NCBI GenBank assembly: GCA_018971305.1
Contig: JAGXBC010000001.1
Location: forward strand, 173,956-237,955
Source: Patescibacteria group bacterium
Lineage (GTDB): Bacteria > Patescibacteriota > Minisyncoccia > UBA6257 > 2-01-FULL-56-20
Direction of reading: 5' to 3'
Length of the DNA: 64,000 nucleotides
Within the stretch, counting starts at the first letter, position 1. Each line of letters begins with the position of its first letter. Shown here piece after piece: positions 11,196 through 21,270 of this stretch. A program made the position numbers and the translations under genes. The notes under the pieces were generated by a model. The model did no database searches. It saw nothing but the letters and a program-made list of their open reading frames with translations, and had not been told where the DNA came from.

Positions 11196-11299
11196 GAACT
11201 TAATTATATTATAGCAATTCTAGCGCAAAACTATCCCATTGTCAATCTAGGTGTTAGATTGCCAATGACACGCCGTCTTCCCTACTCTACGGATATAAT

Positions 11300-12619
11300 C
11301 TATTGCACCGGCCGCTTCTCAAGTTTCACCGACAATACCATTTCCTTTCCATTACGATTTATTTTGATGGTTATCGCATCGCCGACAGAAAACTGAGAAA
11401 TGACGGCGCCAAGAGAATGGTCGCTGTCAATCTTCTGGTTATTAACCTGCAATATTATATCCTCGGCTTCAATGCCGGCTTTGTCTGCCGGAGAACCGAT
11501 AATAACTCCCGGACCGTCGCTTGAACCGCGGACCAGGGCACCATAATCAACGGCTAATTTCTGTGCTTTCGCTATGTCGGGGGTAACGACAATATACCTT
11601 ACGCCCAAATATGGCACAGAAATTTCTCCGCTCACTTTCACGGAACTTATATCCCGCTTCGCTCTGTTTATCGGAATAGCGAAACCGATGCTCTGAGCTC
11701 CCTGAGCTATGGCGGTATTTATGCCGATAACTTGTCCGCTCAAATTCAAAAGCGGTCCGCCGGAATTTCCCGGATTGATAGCGGCATCGGTCTGGATAAC
11801 ATTATCAATAGTTTCAGACCCCAAATCAGGACCGGAAGCCGTAACAGTACGCGCAAGGCCGGATATCACGCCAACGGAAACGGTGTTTCGGAATTCTCCG
11901 AGGGCGTTGCCGATAGCGATGGAAGTCTGGCCCAATTCAACCGCGTCGGAATCTCCGAGTTCAACGGTCGGCAAGCCATGCGCATCTATCTTGAGAACCG
12001 CCAAATCCTGGCTCGGGTCAACAGCCGAAATCTTCGCATTATATTTTTTCCCGTCATTCGTGAAAACCGTGTAAGATGCGGTCTTATCACCGGCAACATG
12101 CTTATTAGTCAGGATCAGGCCGTCGGAAGAAATGATAAATCCAGAACCTCCTCCGACTTCCTGGAGTTGAGTCTTGCCCGTATCGCAAGGCACGCTGAAC
12201 TGAGGGAGATCGTTTCCAAAAAACTGCTGGAATTCCGGCGGCAGATTGCCGAAAGAATTTTGCGGACAATTTTCTATTATCGGGACATTCTTGGAAATTG
12301 TAATGGAGACCACAGCCGGGGACGCTTTCTTAACAGCATCCACGACAGCTTTTTCGTAGTCAACGACCGGCTTATAGGGCGACACACTGTTGTTGTCCGT
12401 AGGCGGAACAGTGCCGGTAGCGTTACCTCCTCCGAACATCTGGGTGCTTGTGGATATTCCGCCCAAGAAGGGAGAAATAAGATTATTGAAAAAATCGTTA
12501 AAAAAATTGGCTTTGGCCGGCTGGGCATTGATAAATCCGCCGAAAAATAAGCCCGTGGCCAGCCCTAATGCCAAAAAACCGAGAAATTTTTTATTTTCCT
12601 TGAAAATTCCCATCTTCAA
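11300..12619 (-). CDS. HtrA/DegP-family periplasmic serine protease with C-terminal PDZ domain
   Basis: Trypsin-like catalytic motifs GSGFIISSDGLILTNKHV and GNSGGPLLNLSGQVIGINTA. N-terminal signal/anchor. C-terminal PDZ-like region. Confidence 0.9.
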   Translation of the reverse strand: MKMGIFKENKKFLGFLALGLATGLFFGGFINAQPAKANFFNDFFNNLISPFLGGISTSTQMFGGGNATGTVPPTDNNSVSPYKPVVDYEKAVVDAVKKASPAVVSITISKNVPIIENCPQNSFGNLPPEFQQFFGNDLPQFSVPCDTGKTQLQEVGGGSGFIISSDGLILTNKHVAGDKTASYTVFTNDGKKYNAKISAVDPSQDLAVLKIDAHGLPTVELGDSDAVELGQTSIAIGNALGEFRNTVSVGVISGLARTVTASGPDLGSETIDNVIQTDAAINPGNSGGPLLNLSGQVIGINTAIAQGAQSIGFAIPINRAKRDISSVKVSGEISVPYLGVRYIVVTPDIAKAQKLAVDYGALVRGSSDGPGVIIGSPADKAGIEAEDIILQVNNQKIDSDHSLGAVISQFSVGDAITIKINRNGKEMVLSVKLEKRPVQ

Positions 12620-12742
12620 TAATTTATTACGTTAATAAAATTAAAAAAGTTACATTCTTTATTATACTCGGCAACAAAGATGAAATAAACAATATTTTCC
12701 CGCTTATTCCCCGGGAACGAACCGATCTCTTGGACTAAGCGA

Positions 12743-13930
12743 TTATAAACAATTTTTAATAACAGTTAGCGCATTATCAACCTCTACCTTCGTCGTCGGC
12801 CCGCCTAAACTGAAGCGGATACTCTGCCTCGCGCGTTCCTTTGGATATCCAAGAGCTTCAATCACATAAGAACTATCCACTGCACGGCTGCGGCAGGCGG
12901 AACCGGCGGAAACCGCGAGGCCGGCCAAATCAAATTCAGCAAGCAAGTCCTCGGCTTTGCGACCCGGGAAATAAACATTAATAATATTCGGCAATTTATC
13001 GGCAGAATTTTCCGGACCGTTGATTTCCGCCTGCGAACAAATTTTCTTGAGCTCATCCCAAAAATAATCGCGTAGTTCTAAGATTCTCTTACTTTCTAAT
13101 TCCCGCCTGCCGACAGGCAGGCGCGCGCCTACGCCTATGAGCTCCACTGCTTTAGAAAAACCGACGATTGCCGGCACGTTCTCCGTGCCGCTACGCCAGC
13201 CAAATTCCTGCCCGCCGCCGGTCAGAATCGGAGCGAGGACAGAACCGTTTCTTATGTATAGTGCACCAACTCCTTTTGGTCCGTAAATCTTATGCGCGGA
13301 TAGAGTCATCAAGTCAATTCCAAGTTTTTCGACGCCGCAATCCAAAAACTGCAGCGCCTGCGCCGCGTCCGTATGAAGTAACGGATAAAACTTATCGTTC
13401 CTGAAATCCGAAACGGTCCTAGACAATCGTTCAATATTGTTAACGGCACCAATCTCGTTGTTCGCGTACATAATCGAAACCAAAGCCGTCCGCTCGTTTA
13501 GCTCTCTCGCCAAATCAGCCGGGTCAACAATTCCTCTTTTATCTACCGGCAAACGAACGACTTCAGCTCCGTCTTTTTCTAAATCCTGAGCCGTCTCCAA
13601 AACGGATTCGTGCTCTATACAAGAAATGATGATCTTGGGATTTTTTATATTGTTTCTAACAACCCTTATCGCACCGCGCAAAGCCAAATTATTTGCCTCC
13701 GTAGCGGAACCGGTGAAAATAATCTCTCTAAACTCGGCGCCGATTGCTTTGGCGATAGTCTCCCGCGAGGCATCAACGGCAGACAATGCCTCCTGCCCAA
13801 AAGAATGCAATGACCCGGGATTGCCGAATATATCCCTAAAATACGGCTGCATCGCCTCAAGCACGCGCGGATCCACGGGCGTAGAGGCGGCGTAATCAAA
13901 ATAAAGTCGCATATTCCTTAGAGAATTCAA
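12743..13930 (-). CDS. Cysteine desulfurase (class V aminotransferase, NifS/IscS-like)
   Basis: PLP-lysine motif SAHKIYGPKGVGALYIR and conserved Cys in the GSACRSR loop. 395 aa. Confidence 0.88.
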   Translation of the reverse strand: MNSLRNMRLYFDYAASTPVDPRVLEAMQPYFRDIFGNPGSLHSFGQEALSAVDASRETIAKAIGAEFREIIFTGSATEANNLALRGAIRVVRNNIKNPKIIISCIEHESVLETAQDLEKDGAEVVRLPVDKRGIVDPADLARELNERTALVSIMYANNEIGAVNNIERLSRTVSDFRNDKFYPLLHTDAAQALQFLDCGVEKLGIDLMTLSAHKIYGPKGVGALYIRNGSVLAPILTGGGQEFGWRSGTENVPAIVGFSKAVELIGVGARLPVGRRELESKRILELRDYFWDELKKICSQAEINGPENSADKLPNIINVYFPGRKAEDLLAEFDLAGLAVSAGSACRSRAVDSSYVIEALGYPKERARQSIRFSLGGPTTKVEVDNALTVIKNCL

Positions 13931-14468
13931 CTTTAATCACCTTCCCGGTCTTCTTGTCGGGAATCATAAAAAATCTCTGCTTGATGTATAGATCATAAAG
14001 CTTTTTCGTAAGTTCAACATCTTTAAGACAATAGGATTTAAGTTCCTCAATCTTGCCTTCTTTATATAAACTGATTGCCTCTGAACCATGGCGGTCTTTT
14101 TTTACACCCAAATTAGCTTCCGACAACCTGGATAAACTTATCCTCTGTCCCGCAGCCATTTCAATCTCCTGGAGCAAATCCACCCGTTCTTTCTCCCAAA
14201 TGTTCTGCATCGGAATACCAAACCTCTGGAAATAAAGATTCAAGACGGGGATATCATAACTATTCATGCTGAAACCGACGATGCGGCTCGCATCGGCAAA
14301 AAGTTCGGCGAGCTGAGACATCTCCGACTCTTCAAAGCAAAAATATTTGTCGCGCATATAGGAATAAACGCCGACTACGGATATTTTGAGAGCCTCAAAA
14401 TTATCCCGGCCAACCCCGGGGTCTGTGAAAAAATTAGATGTTTCTATGTCAAAGACAATCGTGTCCAT
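13896..14468 (-). CDS. Predicted RNase H-like 3'-5' exonuclease (PolB-exonuclease-related, YprB/COG3359-like)
   Basis: MDTIVFDIETSNFF... Exo I-like motif, then FSMNSYDIPVL. The start is chosen at the internal Met, which removes the overlap with the upstream desulfurase gene. The longer ORF extends to 14531. Confidence 0.55.
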   Translation of the reverse strand: MDTIVFDIETSNFFTDPGVGRDNFEALKISVVGVYSYMRDKYFCFEESEMSQLAELFADASRIVGFSMNSYDIPVLNLYFQRFGIPMQNIWEKERVDLLQEIEMAAGQRISLSRLSEANLGVKKDRHGSEAISLYKEGKIEELKSYCLKDVELTKKLYDLYIKQRFFMIPDKKTGKVIKVEFSKEYATLF

Positions 14469-14469
14469 T

Positions 14470-14949
14470 TTATACGTGCCTATCGGCAACGTTGGTCGCC
14501 GCGTAACTTTCCGGCTTGGTTTTAGCTTCAAAATTATTGGCGCGGATCATACCTACGACCTCCTGGATCATAGGGCTCGTAGGGCCGTTCGCGCCGACAT
14601 CGGCATGGATCTCAAACTCAAACTGCACCTCTGGGAATTTTTTCAGCTCCTCAAGCAGATCTTTTGCTATATCTATCGATATCAGGACTTCCTTGATTAT
14701 TCTGTCGCGCAAAGTATGGAGTTTGTCCATCTCGAACCGCCTCCAGAAATATCTGCCGCCGTTCCCCATGCGATGGACAACGATAGCCGTAACAAAATCG
14801 GCCTTATTGTGCGGCAAACGCTCGGAATCGGTTCCGATCGTAACCTTATAGTGATAGCGGTCGTCTTCTTTAATAAAACGGATTAATTCCTGAACAACCT
14901 GTTTAACGGTGAGCTTTAAGCCAAGGGATGAGTTTAAAAATTCTGGCAT
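14470..14949 (-). CDS. YkuK/DUF458-like RNase H-fold protein
   Basis: KVTIGTDSERLPHNKADFVTAIVVHRMGNGGRYFWRR resembles the DUF458 (YkuK) family as I recall it. Family assignment is from memory of the motif. Confidence 0.45.
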   Translation of the reverse strand: MPEFLNSSLGLKLTVKQVVQELIRFIKEDDRYHYKVTIGTDSERLPHNKADFVTAIVVHRMGNGGRYFWRRFEMDKLHTLRDRIIKEVLISIDIAKDLLEELKKFPEVQFEFEIHADVGANGPTSPMIQEVVGMIRANNFEAKTKPESYAATNVADRHV

Positions 14950-15024
14950 ACTCTGGACTATAAGCCGCGATCATCGATTTTGTCAATAAAAACAGCGCAA
15001 AAACTCATAGGCAGGATTATTAAA

Positions 15025-16309
15025 TCACTTTATCAACCCCGACAATTTTTTAAATTCGACACTTACAATCTTTGGCGTTTTGGCTTCAATATTCAGGCGT
15101 AAAAGAGGCTCGGTATTGGACTCTCGAATATTGAACCACCAATCTTGAAATTCCATCGTAAGACCGTCTAGGTGGGAAACCCTGTTTGTCCGACGCCGAT
15201 AAATATTTTCAATAGTTTTAACCGTACCTCTTTTATTTTTGACGACAAAGTTAGTTTCTTTAATACGATAATATGCCGGCAAAGAATCAAGCCAAGAAGA
15301 AAGTTTTTGCCCGGCCAGATTTAACTCACCCACGGCATTAGCAAAATGGACCATCGCCCTGATACCAGAATCAAAATAACTTTTATTCCGACCGAACTTA
15401 TTTTCAAAATAAATATGCCCGGAGAATTCCACTCCGAGTTTTATATTCTTGGCCTTCATTGTTCTCTTAATAAAATAGTGGCCGACGCGAGATTCAATAA
15501 ATTTAAGCGGAGATTTTTTAACCAGCCAACCCATACGCAGATCAATAAGATACGGAGAAGGAAAATCTCTCGCCAAGAGCAAGGCAACGGCCTCCTGCGG
15601 CACCAGGCGCCCGCGATCGTCCACGAAAAATACCCTGTCTCCGTCGGCATCGAAAATCGCACCGAAGTCCGCTTTTATTTTTTTGACGCGGCTTATTATG
15701 TCGGTCATGGCGCCGCCTGCCCAAGGGTCCGGCCCGTGCGCGGGGAATTTACCGTCCGGACTAGAGTTTATCAAATCTATAAATAATTTATTGCTCTTTA
15801 GCCGGCGCAAAACCGAACCGACCGTACCATTCGATGAGTCGCAAACACAACGCAAATTCGCTTCCAGCTTCAAAAATTTTTTCAGATAATCGGCGTAAAT
15901 CTTGGCGCATTCCATTCTATTGGCCGATAACTGATTTTTTAATATCCTCGCCGCTTATCGGCACCGCAGCTGCGCCGACTACCTTCAAACCGTTATATTC
16001 TCCGGGATTATGCGAAGCGGTTATCATTATTCCTCCCGAAGCCCTGAAATAATTGACGAAGAAATAAAGCATCGGCGTAGTAGAGACACCGATGGATATT
16101 ATTTTTATTCCCTTGAATTTTTTGAGACCGGCGATGGCGGCAGCGTAAAGCCGCGGCGAGCTCAAACGCGCGTCGCGCGCCACAACCACTTTTCCTTTTT
16201 TGAAAAATTTCTGTAGGCCACCGACTATCTTTTTAACGTTTTCTTCATTAATGGCATCCGGATATTTACCACGAATATCATAGGCCTTAAAAATTGATTG
16301 CGGAATCAT
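15025..16309 (-). pseudogene. Phosphomannomutase/phosphoglucomutase split into two adjacent ORFs by a 1-nt frameshift near 15913-15930
   Basis: ORF 15917-16309 encodes PGM/PMM domain I with the active-site TASHNP. ORF 15025-15915 encodes domains II-IV with FDADGDR. The junction is offset by +1 and sits next to an A6 run on the coding strand. The cause could be a sequencing error, true decay or programmed frameshift. Confidence 0.6.
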
Positions 16310-16391
16310 TGTCTAATTATAGCTCATAATGTCAGGGATGAAATTCTGCCGCTCTTTTTTATTGTGAGAATATAGTAGAATTTACATATAA

Positions 16392-18503
16392 ATGGCAAAA
16401 CGCAACGGTAAGAAAAATAACGACGAAGGCGATAGATATTATTCGCCGAGATCGCCCCGCCTCCACCCCGATGCCAAAAAAAGCGTCTGGGCGATAGCCT
16501 TCGCGGGCTTGGCGATAATTCTCGCACTCGCCGCATTTGATAAGGCAGGACCAGCAGGCGAGCTGGCGTATAAGGCGCTTGTAACCCTCTTGGGCTGGGG
16601 ATATTTTATTTTGCCCGCGGCACTGCTCTTCGCCGCAGGTATGCTGATATTCTCGGAAAGAGAAAAGGTTGTGAGTATGACGCTTTTGGGCTCGGGGCTG
16701 TTCGTTCTCGCGGTTTTAGGGCTTATCGAACTGTTCTCTCCGGGCAACGGCGGCTGGCTCGGATTTATTCTCGGTGCGCTGAAGATTCCCTTCGGCGAAA
16801 CCGCGGCAATAATCATAAACATCATTATCCTTATCATATCCGGGGTCATCGCTTCCAACGTCCCATTGAAATTCAAATGGCCCGAAAAGGAGGCTTCTCC
16901 TCTTATAACCGGCTCGGAAATAAAAACAAAAATTAAAAATCCTGCCGTAGACGAAGAAGCAGGTCAGGAAGCAAGTCCAGAAGAAAGAGAAGAAGAAATT
17001 ATCCCTGCCGTTGAGGCCTATGCCGCCCCGTCTTTAAAAAATAAAAGGGCGGCCGTAACGGCAAAAAAATTCGCGGACTATGTTCCCCCGCCGCTATCGC
17101 TCCTCAAATCTGCGAGCGATAAACCGACTACCGGAGATCTCCTTGCTAACGCCAACGTCATCAAAAGAACTTTGGACAGCTTTGGTATCCCCGTAGAAAT
17201 GGGGGAAATAAATGTTGGACCGGCTGTCACGCGCTATACTCTTAAGCCAGCGGAGGGCGTAAAACTTTCTCGTATTGAGGCGCTGCATAATGACCTGGCA
17301 CTCGCTCTCGCCGCGCACCCCATAAGGATAGAGGCACCGATTCCAGGAAAGTCACTTGTGGGAATTGAGGTCCCTAATAAAGCAGCGGCCTTGGTGCGCC
17401 TCGGAAGCCTGATGGCCTATCCTGAATTCCAAAAATCCGGGCCGCTGGGATTTGTGCTTGGGAGAGATGTTTCCGGGGAACCGGTTTTTGCCGATATAGA
17501 AAAAATGCCGCACATGCTTGTTGCCGGAGCGACAGGAGCCGGGAAATCAATTCTCATCCACTCTCTTTTAGCCTCACTTCTATACAAAAATTCACCGGCG
17601 ACATTGAAGATGATACTCATAGACCCAAAGAGAGTGGAGTTGTCCATATATAACGGCCTGCCGCATCTTGTAAACCCAGTGATAACGGAAAATAAGAAAG
17701 CCGCCGGCGTATTCAAGTGGGCGATAAACGAGATGGAGCGGCGCTACGACTTACTCCTTCACGCCGGCAGCCGGGATATAAAAAGCTACAACGCTAACGG
17801 CGGCAAGGACGACCCGCTCCCCTATCTTCTTATAGTCATAGATGAACTCGCAGACCTTATGGCCTCATATGGCCGCGAAGTTGAGGGCTCAATCGTCCGG
17901 CTCGCACAGATGGCGAGGGCGACAGGATTGCATCTCGTCCTTTCCACACAGCGGCCATCCGTGGAAGTTATAACTGGCCTGATTAAGGCAAATATTACGG
18001 CGCGCATCGCGCTTCAGGTCGCAAGCCAGATAGATTCGCGGACGATCTTGGACACATCCGGAGCCGAAAAACTTTTGGGCCGTGGCGACTTATTATTTAT
18101 TTCCTCGGATCTTTCTAAACCCAAGAGGATCCAGAGTTCATATATAACAGAGGAAGAAGTAAATAAGGTCACGGATTTTATTCGGGAAAATAATCGCAGC
18201 TCTCCCGCAGGAACAGAAGAAGTAAATTTCGAAGTTAAGAACTCCGAAAACGGCGGCGTTCCGGCTAATGGCGAAAATATGTTTGATGAATTTCTTGAGG
18301 ATGATGACGACGAAATGTACGATGAAGCTGTAAACGTTGTCCGCGAAGCTAAAAAGGCTTCAGCCTCTCTTCTGCAGCGCCGCCTTAAACTGGGCTATGC
18401 CCGCGCAGCCCGCCTGCTTGATCTTATGGAAGCGAAGGGTCTTATCGGCCCCGGAGATGGCGCCAAACCTCGGGAAGTATTTATAGACGATCTACCTGAA
18501 TAG
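16392..18503 (+). CDS. ftsK: DNA translocase FtsK/SpoIIIE
   Basis: N-terminal TM helices, linker, Walker A VAGATGAGKS and a C-terminal winged-helix gamma-like domain (LLQRRLKLGYARAARLLDLME). Confidence 0.9.
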   Translation: MAKRNGKKNNDEGDRYYSPRSPRLHPDAKKSVWAIAFAGLAIILALAAFDKAGPAGELAYKALVTLLGWGYFILPAALLFAAGMLIFSEREKVVSMTLLGSGLFVLAVLGLIELFSPGNGGWLGFILGALKIPFGETAAIIINIIILIISGVIASNVPLKFKWPEKEASPLITGSEIKTKIKNPAVDEEAGQEASPEEREEEIIPAVEAYAAPSLKNKRAAVTAKKFADYVPPPLSLLKSASDKPTTGDLLANANVIKRTLDSFGIPVEMGEINVGPAVTRYTLKPAEGVKLSRIEALHNDLALALAAHPIRIEAPIPGKSLVGIEVPNKAAALVRLGSLMAYPEFQKSGPLGFVLGRDVSGEPVFADIEKMPHMLVAGATGAGKSILIHSLLASLLYKNSPATLKMILIDPKRVELSIYNGLPHLVNPVITENKKAAGVFKWAINEMERRYDLLLHAGSRDIKSYNANGGKDDPLPYLLIVIDELADLMASYGREVEGSIVRLAQMARATGLHLVLSTQRPSVEVITGLIKANITARIALQVASQIDSRTILDTSGAEKLLGRGDLLFISSDLSKPKRIQSSYITEEEVNKVTDFIRENNRSSPAGTEEVNFEVKNSENGGVPANGENMFDEFLEDDDDEMYDEAVNVVREAKKASASLLQRRLKLGYARAARLLDLMEAKGLIGPGDGAKPREVFIDDLPE

Positions 18504-18524
18504 AGAAGCATTAGGCTAGAAGCT

Positions 18525-18550
18525 CTCCACCCTCAGTGGAGGCTTTTTTA
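18525..18550 (+). terminator. Rho-independent terminator after ftsK
   Basis: Stem ctccac/gtggag with loop cctca, followed by a T6 run. Confidence 0.6.
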
Positions 18551-18683
18551 TTATCTGCCCGCTGATACCCAGCCGCTTGCGGCGGGGATGAAGCGGTGCG
18601 CAGATAATAAACCCCGCCGACGGCGGGGTGAATAACCGCCTTGCTGTAAGCAGATACCGCGCTGCTTGCAGCGCGGTTATTCA

Positions 18684-18710
18684 TTTACAAAAATTTAAAT
18701 ATGGCGGTAT
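18684..18710 (+). promoter_or_regulatory. Sigma70-like promoter (TTACAA, 17-nt spacer, TATAAT) upstream of 18745 gene
   Basis: ttacaa at 18684-18689 and tataat at 18705-18710. Confidence 0.4.
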
Positions 18711-18744
18711 AATCCTTTAGTCAACCAGTTAATAATATTTCCAA

Positions 18745-19416
18745 ATGGAAAACGAAGAATTGAATTTCGCGGAGTTTCTCAGGGAGAGGATAAAAGACAC
18801 GGGAATAAATATTAAAAAACTATCCGATGCCTCGGGGATCGCTGTTAAGCACCTCGAAGGGATGTTAAGCGGCAACCTGGAAAATCTTCCGTCCGCGCCA
18901 TACTTCCGGGGATATTTAATAAGGCTCGGAGAAATTTTGAATTTTGATTTTGAACCTTGGTGGAGCTCCCTAAAAAACAGCGGAGCAATAAAGGGAGCCC
19001 ATGCACCCCTGCCGAAGAATAGGTTCGTCAGGAAGTCCATCCCAAAGATTGCCTGGGTCGGAACATTTGTCGCAATTATTATAATTTATTTTCTATTTCA
19101 GTACTCGCATATTCTGGGCAAGCCGGAAATAACCCTAATTTCTCCATCCGGAAATCCCGCTTTATCCTTAGTCAACCAAGTAGACATAAGCGGTTCCCTG
19201 AATAATGGCGGAACGCTTTATATAAATGGTGAGCAGATAAGCATTAATAAGGATGGTACCTGGTCCAAAATGGTGCTCCTCCAAACGGGCATCAACTCTC
19301 TGAAAATAACCGCCAAAAAATTCTTAGGAGGGGAAACTAGCATCATGGAACAGATAATTTATCAGCCGCAAACAACCTCATCAGCTCCCGCACAGGCATT
19401 TAATCAATACAATTGA
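18745..19416 (+). CDS. RodZ-like protein: N-terminal XRE-type HTH, single TM helix, C-terminal extracytoplasmic domain
   Basis: The HTH region with [18 protein letters not shown] parallels RodZ (FLRGYIRSYARLV). A hydrophobic helix [16 protein letters not shown] sits mid-protein. Confidence 0.5.
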   Translation: MENEELNFAEFLRERIKDTGINIKKLSDASGIAVKHLEGMLSGNLENLPSAPYFRGYLIRLGEILNFDFEPWWSSLKNSGAIKGAHAPLPKNRFVRKSIPKIAWVGTFVAIIIIYFLFQYSHILGKPEITLISPSGNPALSLVNQVDISGSLNNGGTLYINGEQISINKDGTWSKMVLLQTGINSLKITAKKFLGGETSIMEQIIYQPQTTSSAPAQAFNQYN

Positions 19417-19448
19417 CAACTTTATCCGTGCGCGTAAAATTAATTCCA

Positions 19449-20495
19449 ATGACACAGGCTCCAAAAAAATCCAAAGAGGAAAACACAAAAGAACTTGACG
19501 GCCTTATCTCCTCCCTTCGGGAAAAATTCGGCGAGGGAGCGATAATGAAGCTCGGCGAAGCGAAACACGTTGACGTATCGGTTGTTCCCACCGGTTCATT
19601 CTCTTTAGACCTTGCACTCGGCGTCGGCGGCCTGCCTCGGGGAAGAATCATTGAGATTTACGGACCGGAATCCAGCGGCAAAACAACTTTGGCTTTGAAT
19701 GTTGTGGCTCAAGCACAACGCCAGGGAGGAAAAACTGCTTTTATTGACGCTGAGCACGCCATGGACCCCGAATACGCAGCGCGCCTGGGAGTTAAGATCA
19801 ATGAACTCTTGATATCCCAGCCCGACAGTGGTGAAGAGGCCCTCAATATTCTAGAAAGCTTAGTGCGTTCGGAAATGATTTCCGTTGTAGTTGTTGACTC
19901 CGTGGCGGCACTCACTCCTAAGGCAGAAATTGAGGGAGAAATGGGAGCTCAACACGTCGGCCGCCAGGCAAGAATGATGGCCCAGGCCCTGCGGAAACTC
20001 ACAGCTCTTGCCGCGAAAACGCAGACGATGGTAATTTTTATAAATCAATTGCGGATGAAAATAGGCGTAATGTTCGGCAACCCGGAAACGACACCTGGAG
20101 GAATGGCCTTAAAATTCGCGGCATCGGTGCGCATTGACGTCCGCCGAATCGCCCAAGTGAAAAAGGGTGAAGAGGTTATGGGAAACCGTGTAAGGGCAAA
20201 GGTTGTAAAAAATAAAGTGGCCCCGCCGTTCCGCCTCGCGGAATTCGACATAATGTTCAACGAAGGAATCTCCTATGAGGCAGACGTACTTAATGCCGGG
20301 ATAAAATACGATGTGGTCAAGAAATCCGGCGCAAGTTATTCTTTCGGCGGAGAAAAACTGGGGACTGGCTTTGATAATGTCCGCGAAAAGCTTAAAGAAG
20401 ATAAAAAAATCGTCAACGAGATAAAGAAGAAAGTGGTGGAGGCTATAAAAACTGGCCCAGCGAAAGAAAAGGAAGAGGATAAGAAAACTTCCTGA
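19449..20495 (+). CDS. recA: Recombinase RecA
   Basis: [12 protein letters not shown] Walker A plus L1/L2 loop regions and an acidic C-terminal tail. The ORF-track start at 19413 is TTG, so the ATG at 19449 is preferred. Confidence 0.93.
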   Translation: MTQAPKKSKEENTKELDGLISSLREKFGEGAIMKLGEAKHVDVSVVPTGSFSLDLALGVGGLPRGRIIEIYGPESSGKTTLALNVVAQAQRQGGKTAFIDAEHAMDPEYAARLGVKINELLISQPDSGEEALNILESLVRSEMISVVVVDSVAALTPKAEIEGEMGAQHVGRQARMMAQALRKLTALAAKTQTMVIFINQLRMKIGVMFGNPETTPGGMALKFAASVRIDVRRIAQVKKGEEVMGNRVRAKVVKNKVAPPFRLAEFDIMFNEGISYEADVLNAGIKYDVVKKSGASYSFGGEKLGTGFDNVREKLKEDKKIVNEIKKKVVEAIKTGPAKEKEEDKKTS

Positions 20496-20517
20496 TAATA
20501 GATGTGTAAATAAAAAT

Positions 20518-20535
20518 GAGGCGCGCTTGCGCCTC
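20518..20535. terminator. Bidirectional terminator hairpin (gaggcgc-gctt-gcgcctc) between recA and the convergent downstream gene
   Basis: 7-bp GC stem with a 4-nt loop, flanked by an A-run upstream and T-rich sequence downstream. Confidence 0.5.
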
Positions 20536-20550
20536 TTTAAATATCCAATC

Positions 20551-21204
20551 TTATTCAAGATAATCTACAACGACAGGCTCTGGCCTTAATTCATTATTTC
20601 CCTTGGCGCCACCGAAAATCCTAAGAGTGCTAAATCCCCTCACAAGCGAATGACCAATCCACCTCCTGTCTACCGGAGAAAATTTGTTCTGATCATCGCC
20701 GTCTTCAAAAAGAAGGCTTAAACCTAAAAATTCAAGCCATTCTTCGTGCCGCATGGCATTCAATCCCAGGTAATGGTAAGACCTCCCCGACGCTATAATA
20801 TATCCGGGGAGAACCAGGTCGCTTTTCGATCTGCTCATAACCGTTCCGAATTCTTGTCGTAATATGCCAATAGCATCGTCTGAAATCGGAATGGAAAAAT
20901 CTAATTGAGGTAAATACATAGCTTCACCGTTCTTATGTCGGGCAACAGAGCATAAGCCGACAACGGTTGACACGCTTAACGCACAATTATCACGTAATAA
21001 AAGCAGCTCTTCCTTAACCGTATCTTTTTTAGAAACGTCTAGCAAAGAATACTTGCGCTCCGATTCGCTTTGCGTCATACCATTCGACTTATAAATAAAA
21101 CAAACTGTTCGTAGGTTGACTAACTCTTTATTCCTTTCGGCAATTTCCAAGACAACGTCGATAGAATGCGCCGTCCCGTTCAGAGGAAGCATATAGACCT
21201 CCAT
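20551..21204 (-). CDS. Hypothetical protein
   Basis: 217-aa ORF with no recognisable motifs. Operon partner of the 21271-22290 gene. Confidence 0.4.
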   Translation of the reverse strand: MEVYMLPLNGTAHSIDVVLEIAERNKELVNLRTVCFIYKSNGMTQSESERKYSLLDVSKKDTVKEELLLLRDNCALSVSTVVGLCSVARHKNGEAMYLPQLDFSIPISDDAIGILRQEFGTVMSRSKSDLVLPGYIIASGRSYHYLGLNAMRHEEWLEFLGLSLLFEDGDDQNKFSPVDRRWIGHSLVRGFSTLRIFGGAKGNNELRPEPVVVDYLE

Positions 21205-21270
21205 GATTCAAGGATGTAAATTCGAGCTGTTTAGAATATAACCAATCTGAACCTATGGCGCAATAGTTTT

